Shown: positions 23,188 to 33,963, numbered from the stretch's first letter. The stretch: 64,000 nucleotides of DNA from Oikopleura dioica (GCA_907165135.1 OU015570.1:2439929-2503928), one strand, 5' to 3'. Program-made: numbers and translations. The notes: generated from the letters alone by a model not told the origin.

Positions 23188-25953
23188 TTAATTTTGATAA
23201 AAACTTTTTCTCGAATTTTCATTACGTGAAAAACTCGACGTTGTAAATATGGGTTCATGTTCTTCGGAAATGTCTTCAAGCTCACGTGATTTTGTCATTG
23301 GACTATTTTCGGGCCGTCTTGGGGGGAGCCGTGTTGGGTGCATTCTATCATGGCTAAAACTCTGATTCGCGAAATTTCTCTTTACCGGGTTTTGCTGATT
23401 ATTTTTGGGTTTCAAATATTTCCGACAAATACAACTAATCTTAGTGAGTCCCTTAAGACCGAAAAGGATTGATGAGCCCAAAAATTTGAATATTTTCCAA
23501 ATACCAATTACAAGTGATTTACCTAAATTAAAGATCCATTGATATTTTGCGCAAATTCCGATAATTATACCTAAAATTATCACTCCAATTACTACAAAAC
23601 TTATATAAAGAGTCTTGTTTGAAATTCCGAAAAAGTTAGCGATTTTAGTTAACGTATCTGTAGCTTTTTTTACTCTAACAAATGATTTGTCGATTTCCGT
23701 TTGATAGTCCTTTATAATGTCATCAACTACGCTCTTATTTAGGTAATTGTTGAGTTGGCTTGATGTTTTGAATGACCAAAAATTATCTTCAATTTCTTGA
23801 TGAAGGCTAAATTCTAGTTCTTTCATGCTTATCGTCTTTTCAGCTTTGTTCAGGCTGGTCCCGCCGGCTTTAACAACGAATCTAGCGCGTTTACATATGA
23901 CCATCTGATCAAATTTCTGCCGTTCTATTGTTGTTATATTACTTTCTGATTTAAAAGTTTCGAGCTTTTGGACTTCAGGAAGCTTGAAGTCTTCCTTATC
24001 AACAATTTCGTACGTGTTAAAGAAACTGACTAATACTTCTTTTAAGGATAATTTTGACGTAAACAGACAATCATTGTTACTAGAAAAAACTTCAGATGTG
24101 CAATAATTATGTATCTGTCGAGTAATTAGTGCAGTGGCGCAGTCCGAGTTAACCCTAACTGTATCAATGCTACAGAATCGATACCCTAAATAAGGTACAG
24201 TAGTACAAAGATCCAATGAATACGCTTTACCGTTAGCGCTAAGTAGCCCTATCATGTTTGGGACTTTATAGCTTAGATAATAATAAATAATTTCCTGATT
24301 TTCATTTTTAACCTCTTTTACCGGGATAGGGACTGATAAAACATGATATGATTTGTCGAATTTATTTAGAGAAGGTAAAATAAATTTAATACTGAATTCT
24401 ATACCAACTAGGCTATTTTCTTTTAGTTCCTTGAGAGTTGTCGTAACTTTTGCAAGTTCGAAATTAGCTCTATGATAAAACCCTATGCATCCATTTTCAA
24501 GCCCAGGATTCGCTAATTGACATAATTTGATCAAATATTTTTGAGCTGCGGACCCGGGGTACTGAGTTCCGATCTCAATTTCCATTTTTTGAGCCTCTGA
24601 TAAAAATAACAAAAACACTTCGAAGATATAATTGTCAAACCTAATTCTTTGAATTTCTAACTCCTGAGTACACTCACTACGCTGGAGGACCATTAATTTA
24701 TTTGTATTATCATTGATTTTTTCGATGCTCTTTCCTTCTATCTTTGCTAAATTTATTTCTCTCAATTCGTCATTTCTCAACTGATCGTGAATATCATCGA
24801 TTTCACCTTCTAAAACTGCGTTCTTGTGGTTGTTTATGATGTATTCGACGAGGGTCAGGCCGACGGCCCAGTCTCCTGCGTCTCTACGTTTTCTAGAATT
24901 TATAATTGATTTTTTCTCGGTTCTTATGACATAAATCTCCACTATCCGGAACGCTAAACAGATTTCTGAGAACAGATCGTCCTCGATGACGATATCATCG
25001 TAACCTTCGCCTTTTCTATGGCTGAAATAGAGTCTTAAGCTAAGATTAGTTTTTCCGGAAAACTTCATCATCCACTCCTTTGGAATTTGAAAACTAACAA
25101 AATCGTAATTTAAATTATCTTGATACAAGTAACGAAATGCGTGGTCTAGCTGGTTACCCCAGATCTTGAAATTAGTTCCAGGTGAGCTGAAACTTGACAA
25201 TGGTGGAAAGGTGAGTAGCCATTTTGCAGCCCCATACAAGCTCTTGGACATCTGTATTATGACTGTATTTGGTTTTCCCGCTACTTCAAGGTCCCATTCA
25301 AACACTAGCTTTGGGTTAAAAACTTTTGAACAAGACTTACTTAATTGCGAGCCTGTATTCAAATTAGGATCAGAAAATTCTGTTGTGTAATCAATAAGAG
25401 ATTCTTTTGTATTATACAAAGATTTGTGATGGTCGCTGTCGCCGATTGAAAATTTTTTAACTAAAAAATTCAAGTTTATGTCTCCTTCGTTGTAGATAAT
25501 TAGATTATTAAGTAATTTGCGCGGGGTCCACTGATCAGTTTCGAAAATTTCTTTGTTTGGAAGGTCAAAATATTCGCCAAGAAGTTGGTTCAGTTTGGTT
25601 ATCGAATCGTTAGTAAGATTATGATGGGTTAGGCCCTGGAAACATTCATTATTCTTAGGAACTTCAAAATCTAAGATATCCGGAAAAATTGACAGCTGGA
25701 AACTTCCAAGCTGAGAATCGCTGATGTAAAACGAGTCGGGGCCTTTTTCTAAAACTATTCCATTTTTTAGTAGATCAGTTCCTATTTCTTTACCGGTTTT
25801 CCCTAACTCGCGTTTTTCTTTAGTATTTACATTTTTAAGGGTGTCACTTTTTGTTTTCGGCGGCGCGCTCAGCGTTGAAGAAAGTGTACTATTTTCAGGC
25901 GGCGTTGCGGATTGGGCGAGCGCGGTGAGTGAAAATATGAGCAGAAAATTCAT
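23188..25953 (-). CDS. env: Env-like class I fusion glycoprotein, 921 aa
   Basis: Signal peptide MNFLLIFSLTALAQS and furin site RKRR (24883-24894, about aa 354-357). A hydrophobic segment and heptad repeat follow, then a Cys-rich ectodomain and TM LYISFVVIGVIILGIIIGICA (about aa 782-802). Position is directly after pol. Confidence 0.9.
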   Translation of the reverse strand: MNFLLIFSLTALAQSATPPENSTLSSTLSAPPKTKSDTLKNVNTKEKRELGKTGKEIGTDLLKNGIVLEKGPDSFYISDSQLGSFQLSIFPDILDFEVPKNNECFQGLTHHNLTNDSITKLNQLLGEYFDLPNKEIFETDQWTPRKLLNNLIIYNEGDINLNFLVKKFSIGDSDHHKSLYNTKESLIDYTTEFSDPNLNTGSQLSKSCSKVFNPKLVFEWDLEVAGKPNTVIIQMSKSLYGAAKWLLTFPPLSSFSSPGTNFKIWGNQLDHAFRYLYQDNLNYDFVSFQIPKEWMMKFSGKTNLSLRLYFSHRKGEGYDDIVIEDDLFSEICLAFRIVEIYVIRTEKKSIINSRKRRDAGDWAVGLTLVEYIINNHKNAVLEGEIDDIHDQLRNDELREINLAKIEGKSIEKINDNTNKLMVLQRSECTQELEIQRIRFDNYIFEVFLLFLSEAQKMEIEIGTQYPGSAAQKYLIKLCQLANPGLENGCIGFYHRANFELAKVTTTLKELKENSLVGIEFSIKFILPSLNKFDKSYHVLSVPIPVKEVKNENQEIIYYYLSYKVPNMIGLLSANGKAYSLDLCTTVPYLGYRFCSIDTVRVNSDCATALITRQIHNYCTSEVFSSNNDCLFTSKLSLKEVLVSFFNTYEIVDKEDFKLPEVQKLETFKSESNITTIERQKFDQMVICKRARFVVKAGGTSLNKAEKTISMKELEFSLHQEIEDNFWSFKTSSQLNNYLNKSVVDDIIKDYQTEIDKSFVRVKKATDTLTKIANFFGISNKTLYISFVVIGVIILGIIIGICAKYQWIFNLGKSLVIGIWKIFKFLGSSILFGLKGLTKISCICRKYLKPKNNQQNPVKRNFANQSFSHDRMHPTRLPPRRPENSPMTKSRELEDISEEHEPIFTTSSFSRNENSRKSFYQN

Positions 25954-28900
25954 TTTCTCAGGTTATATCTTCTCCTTTGATGGGAACCATAAGTAACATT
26001 TGAACAATCAAGTGGTGAGTGTATGAGCTCTCTAGAGCCCCAAAGTTCGTGAACTAATTCCTTGTTTGCTTTGGACAATGTGTCTAACTTTGAGAGTTTT
26101 AGCAAAATATTTTTTAGTTTATCTTCTAATTCTAGTTTAATAAGAAATTTACTATTCCGAAGTATTATTTTAGTGGTAAGGACTTCTTTGAGCTCAAAAA
26201 CTGACTTGTACTGTCTCTTGATTACAAGATAAGGGCCTCTACTCGGAGTTCCGTGCCCTAGAATCGGCTTCGGATCTTTTACTAGCACAAAATCTCCGAC
26301 CTCAATTTTCGGTGCGAGAAAAGGCTTTGTAAGCGAGTAGGCATCAATTTTCTCTTGTGCTATAAATGTTGAAAATTGTTCTTTTATCTCGAGGTATTCC
26401 CTTAAGTCTGGGTCTATTGCCGGCGCTTTATCCAGGCGCAAATCCTCAAATTTAAGGCCTCTACTAATTCCGGCGAAAACTTGCATGGGACTATAGCCGT
26501 TTAGAGAAGATTTATTACTATGATTGTAATTTGTAGCGGCTAATTTCACAATGAATTCTATATTTTTTGTAGTTGGGTCGACCATTCTTATTTTAGCTCT
26601 CAGGTCGCGATGGCTTCGTTCCACCAAGTTGCTAGGTGAATTATAAGGACTTATTTTTAAGTGGTGTACATTTAGCTCTTTAAGGGCCTCTTCTAGACTC
26701 GTCCCACAAAATTCCCCCCCATTATCGGTGAGCAAACGGGGCACGTGAAGAGTCGCACTTTCAACTCCCAAAAAACTTAACATCAAAACAAGTGCCGGAC
26801 CTAGATCTCGAGGCTGTTTCGAAATGATTCTTTCTATCTGCAGGAATCTGGAAAACTCGTCAATTAATGACAAGAAAATGAACGCTCTATTCTCAATTCT
26901 GAACTCAATACAGTCGGCATACAGAGTTTCTACTTTTCGAAGTGCTGGTTTTCTTGAGTAGTCACTCCTGTTAGTTGAGTATTTAGTAGGGCATGTTATG
27001 TAACAAGCAAGACATCCTTTGACTACTGAGTCCAGGATTGCCGTTTTTCCGGGAATATAAAGTGGCTCAGCCTTGATGATGGCATCAAGACTTTTGAGGC
27101 CGGCGTGCATGCTTGACACGTGAAAATGTTGGACAACTTCCCATGCAATATTTTTTGGGACCACTACAAGGGCTCTTCCAGAACTGTTCATCAAATACAG
27201 TAATTTATCATTTATTATATACTCTTTTTTGAAAAGCAAAAAGGGCCGATTTTCTTGGTTGTTTTTGAGGACATTTTTGCAAAAGTCGTCCTCTGATTGG
27301 GCTCTTTTTAAGTAATCTATTGAAATAAGGGGACTACTGCTAGAAATTTGGACTAGTTCTTTTTGAGTTAAATTAATTTCGTGCTTTTGCGACTCTTCTT
27401 TCGGAGAGAATCCCTTTTTGAAATTCCTTGGATGGAAGATCTCTTTTGACACGATTTCCGATGATAAGTCCGTCCTCGAAAGAGAGTCGACGACTGAAAT
27501 TAATTTGTCGCACCCTGGCAAATACCGAATTTCAAGAAGTGGAAAATCGCAAATGTCAGCGTAAGCTGATCGTGTACGCGTGCTTCCAGAACCTTTCAAA
27601 CCGCCTGAATGATGAACTCCCTCTAAACTCCGATGATCAATAAATGCTATAACCTTCAGGCCTGTTGGCAGAATGTCTGAAAAATGTCTTAGCCCGTACT
27701 GTAACCCGATAACTTCCCGGGCGCGACTCGACAACAAGCTTTCTTGTTCACTAAGTCTTTTCGAAAAATAAGCCGCTATCGAAATTCCAGAAATTTTGTT
27801 GTCTCTGATTGTGCAATTGCCAACAACAGAGCCTGTTTTATGCTGGGAAGTATCAGCACAGATAAAAATGTAGCGATCATTACTGCCATCAACGTATTCT
27901 AGATGATTAGTACTTATTCCCCCCTTAATTTTTTCTTTCACCGAATCTAGTGCGTCTTTTATTTCCTGAGTTAATTCAAAATTGCGACCTTTGCCGCACG
28001 ATTTCGCAATTGGGTCTAGTAACGCGGAGATACCCTTAATATGGCGATTATAGTAATTGAAGGCTCCAATAATCCGCATCGCACCTTTAGCACTTGTCGG
28101 ATATTCTAACTCTAAAAGTGCCTTGATCTTTTTCTCATTAACTTTAACCCCACTTTCGCTAATTTGATATCCTAAAAAGTCTGTTTCCTGCTTGAAAAAA
28201 GAGCACTTTTTTATTGCTACTACCAAGTTTTCGCCCGTGATCACTTTTAAAATGTTTTCAAGCGCCGCATTATGCCGCTTTACAGTAGTAACACAGATAA
28301 TATCATCCATGTAACCTAACAGGAAAAATTCTTTTTTCGGGCTTTTAATTTGATCTATTACTTTACTAATAAAACATTGAAATGTTGCTGGAGCGTTACT
28401 GAGACCTTGACTCATGCGGGTATACCTTAATTGTTCTGATCCAAATAAAAAACTTGTGATATCTCGGGATTTTTCAGTGAGCCCCAAGCTGTAATATGCG
28501 TTGCGGACGTCGATAGAGATAAATACAATTTTTTCGCCTGGAAATTTGATTTTTAAATCTGAAATCGCGCCACTAATTTTTGTCATAATAACTCGAATTG
28601 GGAGAATGGGGAACCTGGGCAAACTCATATTACTATTAACTGAACCACGATTCATTTTTCCCCCATTTGTTCCACTGTAGTTGTTGACAATTCTAACTGT
28701 GTTATCCTTCTTTTTTACTGTCAAGAGCGGACTGTTCCATGCCGAAATACAGGGCTCTAATATTCCAGCTTTTTTCATTTCATCTAATTTCTTCTCCACT
28801 ATTTCTACCACGTTACTGTCTGTTTTATATGGTCTTACGAAGATAGGTTCCATATCTTTATCTTTTAGACGAATCTCCGCCATAAATCTTGGCGTTAGTC

Positions 28901-29873
28901 CGCAGTCGCTGCTATGCCTGGAATAATACCAACTGAATTTGGCCAAAATTCTAAGTAATTGTTCCCGATAAGCGTTGGGTGCACCCTTAACTGCAATTTC
29001 AACGTCCTTCTGGACGCAAATTCTTTTTACTAATTCGTCTCTTTGTTGTCTCCACTGGACTAGCTCCTTCTCGAGTGTCACTTTTTCGAAATTTGAGACA
29101 TCTTTTACACTGACTAGAAAATTCAAGATTTTGTCTTCCTCCCAATTTTCAGAAAACTTATTTTTATTTCCACTACTTGGACTCAGTACAGTTGATCCTT
29201 CTTCCAAAATGAAGGTTCTGTCTGAAACGTTGCTTATTTTAACCTGGTTGCCTGATGACTTTTCGGCATTCCAGTTTTTTCCCAAAATCAGCCCTTCTTT
29301 TTCTAATTCTTCAGTTAATTTCAGATTATTTAAATCTTTCATTTTAAATCTAGACGTTGGGAGGGCAAGTTCTGAATGTGGTTCAATCATAGTTAGAGCT
29401 CGCAGATAGACAGAGGATTCCCGAGTATCCACCGTTTTTCTTAAAAAATTTACCCCTAAATCATCCATTTTCCCGTCTTTTATTTTAGTTTTCTGAAATC
29501 CTTCTGACGAGTGTGAGATACAAATGTTTTTTGATTTGACGACTTGGTTACACAAAATATCCATGCCAATTATGGCAGGAATCCGAATATTTTCATCCTC
29601 TAAGATGCATATTTCGCAGTCCGCAATTTCGTGATTGTCTTCTATTTTAATATTAACATTTATGGCTCTGTTAATTCTAAGCATCGATTTCTGTTTAACA
29701 TTGCCAACTTGGTATTGTACTATCTCTTCATTGAATTTTGAACCTATACTGCGTCTATGTACATAGCTACTGTTTGATCCAGTATCGATCATACAATCAT
29801 TTAAATTTACAGAAACTATTTGACTACCGTTGTACTGGATCAGCTGTAATGAGCATGTTGGGATTTCGCCCAT
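25950..29873 (-). CDS. pol: Pol polyprotein (PR-RT-RNaseH-IN), intact, 1307 aa
   Basis: IDTGS; WNSPLLTVKKKD; YMDD; ADTSQ; H..H..CLAC; YAD/TDNGGEF/VERSHR; C-terminal GPY motif. Confidence 0.98.
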   Translation of the reverse strand: MGEIPTCSLQLIQYNGSQIVSVNLNDCMIDTGSNSSYVHRRSIGSKFNEEIVQYQVGNVKQKSMLRINRAINVNIKIEDNHEIADCEICILEDENIRIPAIIGMDILCNQVVKSKNICISHSSEGFQKTKIKDGKMDDLGVNFLRKTVDTRESSVYLRALTMIEPHSELALPTSRFKMKDLNNLKLTEELEKEGLILGKNWNAEKSSGNQVKISNVSDRTFILEEGSTVLSPSSGNKNKFSENWEEDKILNFLVSVKDVSNFEKVTLEKELVQWRQQRDELVKRICVQKDVEIAVKGAPNAYREQLLRILAKFSWYYSRHSSDCGLTPRFMAEIRLKDKDMEPIFVRPYKTDSNVVEIVEKKLDEMKKAGILEPCISAWNSPLLTVKKKDNTVRIVNNYSGTNGGKMNRGSVNSNMSLPRFPILPIRVIMTKISGAISDLKIKFPGEKIVFISIDVRNAYYSLGLTEKSRDITSFLFGSEQLRYTRMSQGLSNAPATFQCFISKVIDQIKSPKKEFFLLGYMDDIICVTTVKRHNAALENILKVITGENLVVAIKKCSFFKQETDFLGYQISESGVKVNEKKIKALLELEYPTSAKGAMRIIGAFNYYNRHIKGISALLDPIAKSCGKGRNFELTQEIKDALDSVKEKIKGGISTNHLEYVDGSNDRYIFICADTSQHKTGSVVGNCTIRDNKISGISIAAYFSKRLSEQESLLSSRAREVIGLQYGLRHFSDILPTGLKVIAFIDHRSLEGVHHSGGLKGSGSTRTRSAYADICDFPLLEIRYLPGCDKLISVVDSLSRTDLSSEIVSKEIFHPRNFKKGFSPKEESQKHEINLTQKELVQISSSSPLISIDYLKRAQSEDDFCKNVLKNNQENRPFLLFKKEYIINDKLLYLMNSSGRALVVVPKNIAWEVVQHFHVSSMHAGLKSLDAIIKAEPLYIPGKTAILDSVVKGCLACYITCPTKYSTNRSDYSRKPALRKVETLYADCIEFRIENRAFIFLSLIDEFSRFLQIERIISKQPRDLGPALVLMLSFLGVESATLHVPRLLTDNGGEFCGTSLEEALKELNVHHLKISPYNSPSNLVERSHRDLRAKIRMVDPTTKNIEFIVKLAATNYNHSNKSSLNGYSPMQVFAGISRGLKFEDLRLDKAPAIDPDLREYLEIKEQFSTFIAQEKIDAYSLTKPFLAPKIEVGDFVLVKDPKPILGHGTPSRGPYLVIKRQYKSVFELKEVLTTKIILRNSKFLIKLELEDKLKNILLKLSKLDTLSKANKELVHELWGSRELIHSPLDCSNVTYGSHQRRRYNLRK

Positions 29874-29875
29874 TT

Positions 29876-31575
29876 TTACTCATCCAAGTAGTTCCCACGA
29901 AAGCTGGCACTAGATTGGTCTTCCTTTTGGGAATCATTATTTTTGCTTTCGTTTTGCAGAAAGTTTACATAGCGCTTGAATTTGAAACAATCTTTCTTGA
30001 AATGTCCAACTTTGCCACAGAAAAAACATTTTTTATCTCCATCGTATTTCCCCTTAAAACTAGGATTTTTATCTTTCTGGAACTGACGAGTCTGATCAGA
30101 ATTCGATTTACCTTCTTTACTATGGAATCTAGTGCCACCCTTATTTTCCCCTTTTCGGGCTCAAAAGAAGTTTTCTGAAATTTTTTGTCTTGGCCTGAAC
30201 CCTTTTTGGAATTCTCAATATCTCTGATTCTTTTTCTACAATCTTTTTTCACGTGACCAAACTTTAAGCAATAAAAACACTGAATTTTTGATTTATCCAA
30301 TGCGTTGATCACGACACTACTGTCTCTTTTCATGTCTGTGAGTTTCTGAAGCAGATTAAGAGTATCAATTACGCCCATACTCTCGTCCCTGAGCTTGAAA
30401 ATACTCTCATCCGTAACTTTCGGTGGCATCTTTTTTATGAATTCGATCAGAGTCAGCTCCTCAATGGCACTTGCTGACCGACAAGGCCATGCCCTTTCTG
30501 CCATTCCGAGCATTTTGTAAAATTGCTCAATAAGTGGTCGAGATGCTGAAATTCCGAATTTCTCCAAAGAGCTTTTTGCATCTAATGGGGTGAAATTGGA
30601 GCATTCGTAAAAGGCGTTTAACAGAACTTCGCATGATAGAGTTCCACTTCGACTCATTTTTCGAATAAGTAAACTCTTCAAACTTGGTTCGACATTGGTT
30701 AGAATTTGGCTAATTTTGATTTGCTCGGACGTGATCCCCGCCAATTTACACTGAAAAAGTGCGTCTGCCATCCAATTAGATATATTTTTAAGTTTTTCGA
30801 ATGTCATTTGCGACAAAGATATGCGGATTTTTGCCTGATCCTTAATTTCAATTCTAAACGCCGAAGAGAAGCTCTCGTCAAGGTTTGGTTGTCTTGGAGC
30901 TCGGCTCGGGGTAGCGTTTTCACTTTCCTCATAAAGTGATCTTTTAGGAAGTCGATCCGACATAAAATACGGAGTTGAAAATGGTAAAGGTGTGTCAGGG
31001 CTAATTTTCGGTTTTCGCTCAAAAGCTCCAGGCGTGGGCAACTCTTCCCTTTCTGGGGTTTCATCTCTAAAACCAACTTTTCTCGGGGTATAATCGGTTT
31101 TCACTACTGATTGGCTCAATTTTAATCTTGAAAATTCCGCAAGAAATGACTGGATAAACTGTCGTCCTCTTTCATTCGAAGTCCCAAATGTGCTAGGATC
31201 ACCAAGGTTTTCTATGGTAAAAAAGGTTTTCCTTGCATCCCTACTTGCTAAATCTAACACAAGACTGTCTAATTCTCGAACATTATCTTGCCTTTCTTCA
31301 TTTACCTTATAAGGGTCACTAACTGGGACGAGGCAGAGCATTGATTGCCCTGGAAAATGTATGGCACCAAAATCAATTGTGTCATTTTCCCCTAGACCTA
31401 GGTCTTGAAGTGCTTCTAGCTGTTTTGATTTTCTTTCATTTTTAAGTTCTTTAAATTTTTTGTCATCAACAACAGATAAAATATATTTAATTAATGGTTG
31501 GTTTAATGATTCGAGGTCAACTAAATATTTCGGAACCCCCGTAAGCGTACCTTCATTTTTATCTTCTTCACTCAT
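29876..31575 (-). CDS. gag: Gag; the zero frame ends at 29965 (536 aa), and a -1 frame with a second CCHC knuckle runs to 29876
   Basis: CFYCLKFGHVKKDC is in frame. CFFCGKVGHFKKDC at 29987-30028 is in the -1 frame. Confidence 0.9.
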
Positions 31576-31801
31576 AATTTAAAAATAATTATTCCCTTTC
31601 CTGGATTTTAAAAGATGATGAAGTGCATAAGTTAACCTGGATTTCTAGAACGCAAGAAGTTCTTAAAATTTTCTTACTTATTTTCCTATTCGAAGAAAAA
31701 TAAAAATTCCTTTTTACTTGAGTCGAATTTTCGACCAACCTCTTCTTGAGGCGTTTCTACGCGTTTGTAGAATTTGAAGTTCTAAACTTCAGTCACCAAT
31801 T

Positions 31802-31957
31802 TAATGGGACAAATTGTGAGTCTTGTAATTCCTAGATGAAGACTGGTTTATTCTTGGCGACGTGCGCTTTTAAATAACGTAAGAGTAAACAGTGACAGGA
31901 GCGGCAGAGAGTGACAGTTAAACAGTAAAAATGCATTCAAGCACATTTTCTCCCATA
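31802..31957 (-). repeat. 5' LTR (156 bp)
   Basis: Base-for-base match to 20448-20603. Followed on the minus strand by aat and TGGTGACTGA. Confidence 0.97.
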
Positions 31958-32105
31958 CGCTCAGACACGGTGCCAAAGGATGTTTTGGAATACATAAATA
32001 TAATTGAGTGACTAGATCGCCCTGAAAAAGCAAAACTTTTTATGTGTCCAAACTCAGAATCTGTACTCAACAGTCTGAAATTTATTCTTGTCACCGTCGA
32101 AAACC

Positions 32106-32540
32106 GTTGACGGCGGGTTCACGTCTTTATAAAGAATGGTTCTGTTTCGCGAAGACGTGAACCCGCTTATATCGGCTTTATGGGCGGGTTCACGTCTTTG
32201 TCCGATATTCAAGAAAAAGAAATATGATAATTGTTCTTTTTTTCATCAAACGCTACCTTCAATTTTTGACTTTTTATCCTCGTAAGTTTCCTAGAAAGCA
32301 AGCGCGAAGTGCACAGCTACTTCTGAATTATTTTCTTGCGTATGAGAATATTTTCTGAGCTTTCGGATTCCATTTATAGATCTTCCTTTTTGTGATAACG
32401 ATTCTAGATAGAAAATTCCATCTGAACAAAGAAGAATTATTCTGTTTCGAGGGGCTTGAAAAAGAATGGTTCTTCGATAAATAGAACCATCTTTTGCGAA
32501 AAAGAATCATTCTTTATAAAGACGTGAACCCGCCGTCTAC
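32106..32540. mobile_element. Mutator-like MITE inserted in the protease of the older element
   Basis: TIR of about 33 bp (gt[t/a]gacggcgggttcacgtctttataaagaatg) and duplicated tcgaaaacc. Removal restores LKFILVTVENLQYPAMLDTGG. Confidence 0.9.
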
Positions 32541-33256
32541 CATCGAAAACCTACAGTATCCGGCTATGCTAGACACCGGAGGCTGCCGTACCTGTATCAA
32601 AAGCGACCTTCCTTTCGTTCGAAAAACTCAAAATTCCGATGTTGAACTTATGTGTGCAAATAACGAGATCATAAAACCTAAACGATGTGCTCCAAAGAGG
32701 AACTTCAAATCAATTCACGTGACGGAAATTTTACATTGGATTGCTCCTTTTTGGTGGTTAACGATCTAAGTCTTCCGATCATACTTGGACTCGATTGCTT
32801 GAAAAATTTGTCCTTCAACGCCGGAGAAAATTACGTAGCACTCGAAAACCACAAGGTACATACAGTTTCTCCAGAGAACGCGTCAAGCCTTATCGAAATT
32901 TCGGCAATCATAGAAGTGGATCTTAAATCTGAGTCAGAAGCTGCTTCACTTGATAATTTCCGAAAATCACGCGAGTAAAAACAATTTTTCTCCGCAGATT
33001 GGAAATTTTGGCGCCGCAACTCAAATCCAAAAAGCGATTCTTACTGAACTTACAGAAAATCATCGTTTCTTATTTTCAATGTCGAGTGACGATCTCGGAA
33101 AACTTCTCGGATTTAGATTTGCTTTACTGACTCACGACGAATCAAAAGCGAGCAACCAACCACCACGACCAATTCCAGTGCACATCCGAGACCAAGTTGA
33201 AAGCGAAATAAACAGTTGGAAGTCTTTGGGAATTATTGAAGAGACACAATAAAATA

Positions 33257-33589
33257 CAGTTTTTTATGGAATTTTTGGACATCAAATTTTTGGACATTTT
33301 CTGCGCCGTATTTTTAAATTTTCTGTTATTTTTGCCAGATATGAAGTTTTTTCATATTAAAATCTTACTTTTTCTTTGAGAAAGATAAGATTGAAGGTTG
33401 ATCTCGTACCCCTAAAACATTTTTTGTCTTTAGAAGAAGGATTAAACAAAGAATGATGGAGATTTTTCTCAAAAAAATTTTTTTAAGCGATTTGGATGGG
33501 ATATTTTTTTTGGCCGCGTGTATCAAATTTATGGACATTTTCGCGAAAATCTTGGGACAAAAAATGTCCAAAAATTCCATAATTAACTG
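33257..33589. mobile_element. pogo/Tc1-like MITE inserted in the RT of the older element
   Basis: Same TIRs as 4680-5076 in the opposite orientation; interrupts EETQ...KKPD. Confidence 0.88.
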
Positions 33590-33963
33590 TTATTTTGATA
33601 ATAATTTTGATATTAATGATAATTTTGAAAAAGCCAGATTCAAGCATTAGAATAAGCCTTGATAAGAGAGGGTTAAATAAAATGCTTATCAAGGACAGAT
33701 ATCCTCTTCCCCATATGCTAACTGTATTCAACAGAATTGGAGAAAAACTCACTTCCTGCGATGCTTGCTACATCAGTTCTCTCGATAATCACCGAGGTTA
33801 CCGGCAAATTCAGTGTACAGCAGAAGATTTCCATAAATTGGCTTCTTCTTTTGGTAACAAGCATTATCAAGCGAATCGAATGGCATACGGAACTGCAACT
33901 GCGCCTAGTGCTTTCTCGCGAATAATGTCAAAATTGATGGATCATCCAAGTATTATATACTTA

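Larger units (their letters stand above)
20448..31957 (-). mobile_element. Full-length, recently inserted env-bearing Ty3/gypsy (Tor-like) retrovirus-like element, 11,510 bp, with accessory genes
   Basis: Identical 156-bp LTRs and a 5-bp TSD CGCTC (20443-20447, 31958-31962). PBS at 31789-31798, PPT at 20606-20615, intact pol and env. Confidence 0.97.
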
